Of a stretch of 64,000 nt of DNA, positions 37,909 to 47,039 are shown piece by piece. The DNA comes from Planctomycetota bacterium (GTDB taxonomy: Bacteria > Planctomycetota > UBA8108 > SXIK01): the NCBI GenBank assembly GCA_965223265.1, contig OZ244999.1, forward strand, positions 1,408,001-1,472,000. Direction: 5' to 3'. The notes under the pieces were generated by a model that was not told the DNA's origin, did not search any database, and worked only from the letters and a program-made list of their open reading frames with translations. Made by a program: the position numbers and the translations under genes. Position 1 is the first letter of the stretch; each line of letters begins with the position of its first letter.

Positions 37909-38987
37909 TCAGCGCAGTACGCGCCGGAAGAGTCCGCCGCTCTCGCTGGTCAGCGTGCGGAGGAAATTTTCTCGGGCGCTATTGAGGTCGAGCACCGCGA
38001 CCGCGTGAATGCGTGCTTCGGCGTTCTGATTCTCCTCGCGCACGAACTCGATCGTCTGACTCAGCAGCCTGTTGAAAAAGTGCTTCGAGTCGAAAACTGG
38101 TCGCTTCGCGTCCAGATCGGCCGCGGCGAACGTAGGTAATCTCCGAGATTTTCGAGGCTCGCCGCGGTCGATCTGGGCGTGAAGAGGCCAGTTTCTCGGC
38201 CGAATGACTTTTTCAACGGGCTGTCAGGTGAGCAAACTCAGTGTTACCTTGGCAATGTCCAGAACCGGGCCCTATGTGGACGATGGCGATGCGTTCGCCG
38301 GCGGCGTTGGACGCGAACTTGAATGCCGTCGAGAATCCTCGTTGCGGGCACGTCCCTCCTCCTCCGGGCATTGCCTCGATGAAGCTGATGGCCGCAGCCC
38401 GATTCTCTGGCATAGACGTCGCCGGCGCGTCTTCACTCGGGAACTGATGCAGGCCGGCGTCATAGAACGCAACGCCGAACTCGAAATCGCCTTCACGGTT
38501 TTCGATGAATCGAATCATCTCCTGCTTGGCAATCGATAGCTCGCCAGAATTTTGCATCGCCCCGGCGCGATCGACGACAAAGATGACGGTGTCGGCGATG
38601 ACCGGGATTCCATAGATCGGCGTCGTGCACGGCGCGAACTCCGCGCAGGAGAGGGCGCTGTCCGGACGGTTCACGTTGCAGAACGGGTATGGCGCGGGTG
38701 GAGGCTCGCCGGACTGAAAGATGAAGGCGAGCAGGTAGACCGCATCGCTCAGTTGGAGGTCGTCATCGCCGTTGGCGTCCGCCGCGGCTTCGCACGTCAG
38801 CGCCGCGGCCTCGCCGGCGAACAGCGAGCGCAGGATTTGAATGGCGTCGGAGACGTTCAGGCTACCGTCGGCGTTGACGTCGCCGCGGACGAAGGACTCT
38901 TGGGCCTGCGCAGCCGCTGGCAGCGCGAGCAAGAGGGCCAGCAGAACGGCTGAGAACACATCACGGAATCGGACAGGTCGTTACCAT
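37909..38987 (-). pseudogene. Dockerin-like + VWA secreted protein interrupted by the MITE at 38065-38223
   Basis: FVRGDVNADG...DANGDDDLQLSD dockerin-like domain, then VWA. Removing the element and one TSD restores ...AHLSQTIEFVREENQNAEARIHAVAVLDLNSARENFLRTLTSESGGLFRRVLR* ending at 37909. The RBS-linked ATG at 38987 is one base out of frame with the ORF starting at 38959. Confidence 0.9.
38065..38223 (-). mobile_element. Fold-back MITE-like element, copy 2 (159 bp, TSD TCAG)
   Basis: Reverse complement of 30832-31004 except one substitution and a different central segment; TCAG at 38061-64 and 38224-27. Confidence 0.93.
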
Positions 38988-40002
38988 GGGCGTCTCCTTT
39001 GCGGGCGGCGACCGACGGGGACGGTCGCGCGTAGGTTCATTCTCTCGCACGACGTTGCAGCAAAACGCACGCCCCTAAGGCGTAACATCGTAACTTGTGT
39101 GTCGGTCGATGGGTACACCGACAGTGTGCCGCACACGCTGTAAAGCGAGTCTTACAACTGTCCCTGCGACGTCCCTGCGGAGGTCGAGGGGTTCAATGTG
39201 TTGACGCCCACGGGTGTGCCAGGCACGCATGTTGACGCCCGTTCGCGGTATTCACCACCGATGAAAACAACCCCCGAATCGTCGCGGTTCTACGAGTTGG
39301 CTACCTGGTCCCTCGGAGTCGAGTCAGACCGATTTGGCGGAACCGACTTTCATGAACGTGACGACGGACGGCACGGGCGCGGTGGAACATCGAGAAAACG
39401 CCGATTCTCTTGCCGAGCCCACAGAGAGCGGCGGTCTGATCGCATTCGAGGTTTCGACCTTTGGAGGAGCTGGCGGAATTCCACCCCGGCGCTCTACTTC
39501 CGTCCGTCGCGGCACGCTTCGCGTGCGGACTCATTGCCGCTCGCGGGCCCCTCCCTGCCGCGTCGGCCTCCCACCCTACAACTGACCTCGCTGCGCACGG
39601 GCGGCGATCACGGTCGCCTCGCTTGACTTAGTGGTCGTTGGTCTGTACCGCGCACAACCTTCTTGAGCTCGCCCGGGCCTGAGGAGGACGCCCTCCGGTC
39701 TTCAGGCGGATTCGGCGATCCAGACAGATTCTGACGACCGAGACTGAGATCGATCACGGCTTCCGAGCAACGGAGGCCGCATTCCGATTCCGAGATGGAG
39801 TAGATGGAGTCGGACGCCAGGTTCTTGCGCAGGCTCCTAGGGATGATGTGTGTTCTTCCTCGGCGAAATCCATCGGAGGAATGTGCGAATGGCGAGCAGG
39901 GCAATGGTGAGCCGTGAGGAGAAGCGGCGAGCGACAACGCCGCCGTACGCTACGTCGTACGCTAGGAATGCGCCGGCGCAGTGAATCGCACGACTTCGGC
40001 CT

Positions 40003-41976
40003 CTACTTTTGAATCGTCACGGTCGCCGGCGCGCTCATTGCAGACAGCTTTCCGGAGCTGCTCTCGGCGGCTACCACGAAGGAGTACGTGCCGGGATCCT
40101 GGAGCCACCGCGCTGCGAAGGAATTACCGAATGATGACCTGAAATAGCGAGGGATCGGGTCCTCGTCGAAAAAGACTCGGTAGAGCTCAACGTCGGCCGA
40201 TGGCGAGGCGTCCCAGCTGAGAGTGAGGTGAAGCTTTCCCTTGCTGGTGTACGACGAACCCGTGAGTCCTGTGGGTGGTTCAGGCGGGACGCTGACGCTG
40301 TCGACGACGAGTCGGCCGAAATCATCCACTGGGAAGTGGTGCGGCGAGACACCGTCGTCGTCAGCTGCGTCGACATAGAAGACGTATGCACCGTCGGCGG
40401 CTCCACCGGGATTCACCGTTAAGGCTACTCTGGTGCTTTCACCCGGACTCAGAGTCACTGTCGCCTGATCGAACGTTGCCGTCATTCCAGCCGGAACGCC
40501 CCTCGTGCTCAAGGTCCACGTCGACGGCGGCGTGTCCGGGCCGTCGTGGTTGGCGAGGGTCACGGAGTAGAGCGAAGGGTCGTTCGGGCCCACAGTGTTG
40601 CCGAAGAGGTCGCCGTTGAGGCTGCGCACATCGAAACCAGGTGTCTTAACGTCGAACGTCGCCTCGATCTGAACATCGAAGTCAACCCACGAGCCGTCCG
40701 CGGCACGCTCGACCTGAGTCACCGTGATGCCATTGACGGGGTCGACAAAACTCTCGCCGTCGGCAAGGGTGGTGACGTATCCGGTGACCGTTCCCGAGGA
40801 GCCCGAGTACCAGTGGACACTGACGCCCTGCTTGTAACTCGCGGCGAGGTTGGTGTCATAGGATGTATCGTCGCGTAGCGATAGATAGTAGGTGCGTTCG
40901 ATGTCGCCACGCGGGATCTTGAGGATTTGCGGGTCGGTGGCGTCACCCTGATCCCACGCCAAGGGCGCTAACACGTAGCTGTAGAGGCCGGGGGTTGTGG
41001 GGACGTTTTGAATGGCGCTGCCGCCACGGTACCCCATCGCTTCGTTGTGCGGCGCGTTGAGGAAGATGTTGCGGTAGGATGCACCCATGAAGCAGGAGCC
41101 GTCGCCGTAGGCGCTGTTGATTGAGCCATCGTTGTCGGCATCCGAGCCGGCGTGGTGCATGCCGAGCGTGTGCCCGAGCTCGTGAACGAAGACGAAGACG
41201 TGAGCAAAGTTGATCCAGGCTTCGTCGCCGTTGAGTTCGGCGACGCCTCCGAAGCTGCAGCCGTTGTTCGAATGGCCCGTGAGGATGTAGATATAGCGAT
41301 CACGGTTGTTCAAACGCAAACCGGCGTCTTCTGCGAGAGCGCGTGCGGCGTTCGACCAGCTGCGGTAGCTACACGAACCCGCGCCACTCGCGGCGACGTC
41401 GAACGGGCCGTAGACGTCGGCTGCGCCGTCACCATCGGAGTCGCGCACGAAGTTGACCTTGCCGCGTGAGTCTTGCACATAGATGTCCTGTGTCGAGTCG
41501 ACGGGCCCCCACATCATGTCTTCCGCTTCGGCCGCAGTCAGGAGCGAATCGGCGTCGAGAAGGTTGATCAGGATCACCGCGACGGACAGGGGACCGCCAC
41601 CACCGCCACCACCACCACCTTTCTTGCCGCCACCTCCGCCGCCGCCTCCGCCACCGGGCCCCATCTCAAGGACGGTGACCTCTTTGACGCCGAGGCGGCG
41701 ACCGGGAAGCTGCGACGCCAGGACCCGCACGCGCTGTCCTGTCTGGAGATCGACCGGCGGACGTTCGGGGAACTCGAGGTGGAAAGGCAAATCCTCGCCT
41801 GGAACCAGAAGCTCGTGAATCGTCTCCACACGAGCGTTCTCAAAGTCGTCACCGAACACGATCGTGAGAACGCCTTCGACCCTGACCGGATGGCCGGCCA
41901 TGGTTGACGCGTGCGTAAAGAGAAGCACACCGACGCAAATGATTCCCGAACGCAAGATGGTCGTTCGCGGCCTCAT
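40003..41976 (-). CDS. Secreted metzincin metallopeptidase (M11 gametolysin-like) with C-terminal Ig/Fn3-like domains
   Basis: GGAGG RBS, signal peptide, HELGHTLGMHH zinc motif, YGD-x-S-x-x-MG Met-turn, poly-Gly linker. Confidence 0.85.
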   Translation of the reverse strand: MRPRTTILRSGIICVGVLLFTHASTMAGHPVRVEGVLTIVFGDDFENARVETIHELLVPGEDLPFHLEFPERPPVDLQTGQRVRVLASQLPGRRLGVKEVTVLEMGPGGGGGGGGGGKKGGGGGGGGGPLSVAVILINLLDADSLLTAAEAEDMMWGPVDSTQDIYVQDSRGKVNFVRDSDGDGAADVYGPFDVAASGAGSCSYRSWSNAARALAEDAGLRLNNRDRYIYILTGHSNNGCSFGGVAELNGDEAWINFAHVFVFVHELGHTLGMHHAGSDADNDGSINSAYGDGSCFMGASYRNIFLNAPHNEAMGYRGGSAIQNVPTTPGLYSYVLAPLAWDQGDATDPQILKIPRGDIERTYYLSLRDDTSYDTNLAASYKQGVSVHWYSGSSGTVTGYVTTLADGESFVDPVNGITVTQVERAADGSWVDFDVQIEATFDVKTPGFDVRSLNGDLFGNTVGPNDPSLYSVTLANHDGPDTPPSTWTLSTRGVPAGMTATFDQATVTLSPGESTRVALTVNPGGAADGAYVFYVDAADDDGVSPHHFPVDDFGRLVVDSVSVPPEPPTGLTGSSYTSKGKLHLTLSWDASPSADVELYRVFFDEDPIPRYFRSSFGNSFAARWLQDPGTYSFVVAAESSSGKLSAMSAPATVTIQK

Positions 41977-42296
41977 GTGGCAACCTCCGTAGCTGATGCC
42001 TGCCCGCTACGGCGCGGGTGAAGTCACCCGGCACCGAGCACGTAAGCCGGCCAAGTCCGTGCCGAGGCGATGGACAGCGACGCGCTCGATACCGCAAGAG
42101 GCTGCGGTATCTGCATTTCGGATTGAATGAATCCACCGGTCCGCCACGCGCTGGTGTGAACGAAGCGTTGCGAAGATACCCGAAGAGGTAGAAAAGGGGC
42201 GATCAAGGCGATCGATGCCGCGGATCTGCGTCGATGGTTGTCCTCGACGCACACACGGCCTCAAGCGATCCTTCGCTGCGCTCCCGTCGCTGCGCG

Positions 42297-43736
42297 TCAG
42301 TTGGTGGCCAGCTGCGCCTCGACCTGGGGAAAGCGTTCCAGCCACCAGGCCTTGAGGTCGGCGACCGCGTCAGCGGCGCTTCCCTCAACGTTGGGATCTT
42401 CGTCGATGGCTTGTCCGGCAACCTCCAGGGCGCGATCGATCTCAGCAAGAATGATTTCCAGACTGATTGGACCGGCGAGAAGTTGAGTCAGAATCTCACC
42501 GTACCGACCGCGCCAGTGTGTAAACAACACGTCGGTGTACTGCGTCGTCCCGCCGGGAACCGGGCCCGTGAACACGTCGAACTGCCGGTTCATCACGGTG
42601 TCCAAATCCCATGGCAAGTACGTCCGTCCGCCGCTCCAGTCGTAGAAGTAGTAGTTGTTGTCTTTCAAAAGCGGTGAGTCAGCGTTTCCCATGAGCGCGT
42701 TGACGCCACCGACGCGGAGCATCTGGTCGATGTTGAGGCGCTCGGGCAGCGTCGTCGCCAGTTCCTCGGCTGAAGGGACGGCGCAAGGGTTGTTGTCCCA
42801 GAAACAGAAGTAGTCGGCGAAGGGGTCGGGGATCATTTCGTTGGTCTTGAACCCGTCGCGCACGCCGCCGCTCTTTTTAAAGAGCCAGCCGCTGTCGTCT
42901 TCGAAGCGCGATCGGAGGAAGCGTTTGTCGACCTGCTCCACGTTGACGTACACTCCGATGAGCTCCTCGTTGACGTGCACGCGCACGAACGACACGCGTC
43001 CCGTGAACGCACCGGAGAGTACCATGAGCCGCCACGCCAAGTACTCGGTGACGAGATCGAGCGCAGAACCCGCGGTTGTACCGCCCTGACTGACACCGTT
43101 TTCGAGACTGAGTTTTTTCAAATCAGCGAAGGATTGACCTGCGACGTAGCGGTTGACGTCGACTTTCATTCCGACTTTGACGCTGCCGCCTGAGCGCTTG
43201 TGGCGGATCCCGACCGCGATCGAGTTGCCGCCGCCGCAGCGAAACTGAGCCGGGACGTAGACCGAAAACGTCGAGTCGGACTGAACCGTGTTCCAGTCCC
43301 CAGCTGACATGCTGAAGTGGTAGTCGACGATTTGGTCCGGATTGAAAACGCCGTCGCAGCCCAGCGCCGTGGAAAGCGTGTCTTCTCCTGCCGGTCCTAC
43401 TGGACACACCGCATGTGACACACAATCCAAATTGTCGCCCGTGAGGTCTTCCCCGCAGCTCGGGAATGGAGACGGCGGTTGGCTGCCGCGGGTGAAGAGG
43501 AAGTTCAGGCCGTAGACGGCGTCGCTGATATCTACGGCGCCGCTGTCGTTGAAGTCAGCGCCGTCCCTGCATTCGATCACCTGCTGCGTGAAGAGATCGA
43601 TGAGGATCTTGATCGCGTCGGAGATGTCGTGCTCCCCATCCTCGTTCGTATCACCTCGAATGAAGGGTGCTGCTTCGATGGCGTGCGACGTGAAGAATAG
43701 AGCGCAAAGGATGGTGAGAACGCGCGTGGATTTCAT
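42297..43736 (-). CDS. Dockerin-like + CotH family kinase
   Basis: FIRGDTNEDG...DFNDSGAVDISD; KKLSLEN, GVYVNVEQVDKRFL, NNYYFY, LPWDLD (CotH). Confidence 0.85.
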   Translation of the reverse strand: MKSTRVLTILCALFFTSHAIEAAPFIRGDTNEDGEHDISDAIKILIDLFTQQVIECRDGADFNDSGAVDISDAVYGLNFLFTRGSQPPSPFPSCGEDLTGDNLDCVSHAVCPVGPAGEDTLSTALGCDGVFNPDQIVDYHFSMSAGDWNTVQSDSTFSVYVPAQFRCGGGNSIAVGIRHKRSGGSVKVGMKVDVNRYVAGQSFADLKKLSLENGVSQGGTTAGSALDLVTEYLAWRLMVLSGAFTGRVSFVRVHVNEELIGVYVNVEQVDKRFLRSRFEDDSGWLFKKSGGVRDGFKTNEMIPDPFADYFCFWDNNPCAVPSAEELATTLPERLNIDQMLRVGGVNALMGNADSPLLKDNNYYFYDWSGGRTYLPWDLDTVMNRQFDVFTGPVPGGTTQYTDVLFTHWRGRYGEILTQLLAGPISLEIILAEIDRALEVAGQAIDEDPNVEGSAADAVADLKAWWLERFPQVEAQLATN

Positions 43737-44205
43737 CGCGGCAGGGCGGGATGGGCAGAATGGAGACCTTCGACCCCGCAATGCTATCACGTCGAGCTGT
43801 TTGTCTCTATCCCACGCATACGTCGCAACTTCGTTCGTGATCGATCATCGTCCTGGTGTGACCCCGACGGCGAGGGACTGATAGCGCGTGCCGATCTACG
43901 CAATGCGCCTGTTGACCCGCTTGAGCGCCACTGCCTAGAAAGCGACGAACCACCAAGGGAGGATCTCAGGCTCGCAGGGGAATGGAGTTTTCTCGCCGTC
44001 TATCGCGCGTTACGCTGAGCGTGATGATGGAGCGGCGGGGCACATCGACGCGTAGGCTCGAGGTCCGGCGCCCGACCGTCGTCGTAGCGAGATTGTGCGC
44101 TCACGGGGGACGTCGTCGCAGAGGGGTTTGGAGCGTTGCGACCGTTCGACGACGATGACCTGCAGCGCTTTCGCGTCTTCACCTGTCAGAAACAGCGGAA
44201 CGATC

Positions 44206-46631
44206 ATGTCTCAGAACTTCGTGACCCACTGCGTTTTCCTGACGCTAAGTCTTTCGTTTTCGACCGGAGTTCGAGCACTAGATCTCTACTACGACTTCGA
44301 GGGCGATAGCGGCACGACCGTCACGGATAAGCTGGTTGCAGATGGCGCTCAGAACGGCCAGATTTTTAACGAGGTTTCGTTTGCGACTCAAGGCGTTCCA
44401 TTCGGAACGCAAGCGGCCCGTTTCGCGCCAAGGCGCCAGCAACCTCGCAGTACGCTTGAGATTCCGGGGACAACAGAGCTCGGTTCAGCGTTCACGCTGG
44501 CGGTCAGTTTCGACACGACGGACACCGATTTCACCCGACTCTTCTCGAGCTTTCGCGGCAGCGGCGCCGTGGGGGTCGATCGCATCCTCGTCGATATGGA
44601 TGTGAGTGGCGCGATCGCTCGGGGGCTACGCGCGATCATCAACAACACCGTCGTCGAGACGAGTTCGGTTCCGGACGGTCTTGGCAATCCTGGCTATCGT
44701 CACGTCGCTGTGACGTATGATGATGGAGACGTGCGCCTTTACTTCAACGGCTCCGAAGTCGCCTCAGGATTCGTTGGCCCGGGTCCGCTGGTCACACAAA
44801 CGCACAATCTCCAGTTCGGTGAGGACCCACACGATGGTGGTGGAGCTGGCAATGAACAGTTTCACGGCAACATCGATGATCTTCTCTTCGCAGCCCGAGT
44901 GTTTTCGGCCGAAGACATCGCAACGATCGCATCGTCCGGTGTCGTCGGCAACGTCGCACCGGACGGAGCTCGACTCGTTCACTACGGCTTTGAGGGGGGC
45001 GCAATCGAGGATGGGTTCTTCATCGTCGACGGACCCCAGAACGGCATCGCGCACAATAGCGTCAGTATAGATACTGACGCGGCCAATGCAGCTTTCGGGA
45101 CAGGATCGCTGCGATTCGACGACGCGTCGGCTCCGCAACCGTTCAGCGTCATCGAGATCCCCGACACGAAGAATCTCGGCGCGGCATTCACCTTGGCGGT
45201 GAGTTTTGACACGACCGACACGGACTTCACGCGGCTCTTTTCGAGCTTCCGTGGCACAGGCGCGGTGGGTGTCGATCGCATGCTCGTCGACATGGACGTC
45301 ACAGGAGGTGTGATCCCCGGGATCAGAGTGATCATCAACAACACCGTGGTTCAAACCGCATCACCACCGGAGGGCCTCGGCAATCCGGGCTATCGCCATG
45401 TTGCCATCACCTATGACGACGGAGATGTGCGGCTTTACTTTAATGGTAGCGAGGTGGCATCCGGATTCGTGGGCACGCCGCTCGTGGTGCAAACGCACAA
45501 TCTTCAGTTTGGCGAAGACCCACATGATGGCGGCGGAACCGGCAATGAACAGTTCCACGGACATGTCGACGAACTTCTCGTCCTCGGACAAGTCCTTTCA
45601 GGTTCTGGCATCGCGACACTGGCGGCGTCGGGAGTGGCAGGGAACGTTACACCAGGCGACTCACTCGCGGTCTATTACGACTTCGAGGGCGGCGACACGA
45701 TCAGCGACCGATTCGTGAGCGACGGGGCGCAGAACGGAGTCATTCACAACAGCGTCCGATTCGACACGAATGCGGTGAACGCCGCGTTCGGAAGCGGTTC
45801 CGCGATACTCGACGATCCGGGGCCAACGATCCCCTTCAGCGTCATCGACGTTGGCCTTGTGGGCAACCTCGGCAGCGCTTTCACGATGGCGGCAACGGTG
45901 AACGTGCCGGGTGGTGGCTTCGGCACCGGGGGGCTGACCCGTCTCTTCAGCACGCACTCGGGTACTGGCAGTCCCGCCGGGCGTCTCATCTTCGATTTTG
46001 ATCCCAACGCCTCGGTCGTGGACATCGGGCTTCGTGTTATTCTTCCGGACGGCACCGTCGCTATCGCCGAGCAGCCATTTTCCACGGACGAGAATCACCA
46101 CCTCGCCGCAGTCTACGATCAGGGCGATCTGACGCTCTACCTCGATGGTGACGTGGTTGGGACAGGCAGCACGAGCGGTGACGTGGACTTGGGGCTTTTC
46201 CTCTCCGCATCGGAGAGGACCTCGATGGCATGCTAAACGAGAATTTTGTCGGCATCATGGACGATGTGATCGTGCTGAGCCGAGCGCTCAGCCAAGAGGA
46301 GGTCCAGCTGGCCAGCGACCAAGGATTCGCTGCAGCGTTGAGTGGCGGGCAATTGCCGGGAGACTGCAATCAAGATGGCGCGCGCGACATTTCAGATCCC
46401 GTCTGCCTCTTAGGCTTTCTTTTCACCGGCATACCGCCGTCGTTACCATGCGGCGACGGGGAAATCAACGCCGCGAACTTAACGCTGCTCGACCACAATG
46501 GCGACACTGGACTCGACATCTCGGATCCCGTCGCGCAGCTGGTTTTTCTCTTTGCTGAAGGTGGTCTGCCACCGGCCTCCGGTCTGGACTGCATTTCGAT
46601 CGCCGGTTGTCCAGCCAGTTGCATCCCGTAG
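44206..46631 (+). pseudogene. Secreted triple-LamG protein with C-terminal dockerin-like domain, frameshift near 46200 (possibly a sequencing error)
   Basis: Three LamG repeats. Adding one C at 46200-46201 gives GLFPLRIGEDLDGMLNENFVGIMDDV, joining ORF 46230 (GDCNQDGARDISD...DHNGDTGLDISD). Confidence 0.82.
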
Positions 46632-47039
46632 AGCAAAGTTGGCCGCTTCGCCACGCCGGTGAGTGTCGATTTCTCAACGTTGACTGTGCTCCGTCATCAT
46701 ACTGTCGCGCACGCACCGATCTCACGCAACGACCCATAAGTCGATCCGTGCGATCTCAGAAACGTCTCGCCGCGCACCTGGAGTGGGAAAACTGCCGTCC
46801 GCAGCAACTCGGGGCGAACCGTTAGTTAAGACGGACGATCCAACCAAGATCGCTTCGCCGCCGAAGAGACTTAGATGCTGCGATCGAGTCTGGCCGACGA
46901 ATTTTACGTCGCGCTGCGGCAAGGCCTGCTTGGGCCGAATTCGCGGCTCAGTCCCTCCGCACGATCGGACGATAAGGTAAACGTGCGAGTCGCGGCGGGC
47001 TGCAACGTAGAGGGATACTATCTGCGTAGGGAGCTGCCG

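Noticed and set aside
46805-46860. Possible c-di-GMP-I riboswitch upstream of the giant adhesin (GGCGAACCGT...ACGGACG)
   Set aside because: Lacks the GNRA tetraloop, the GCAAA junction and a second stem; the resemblance is too weak without an Infernal hit.
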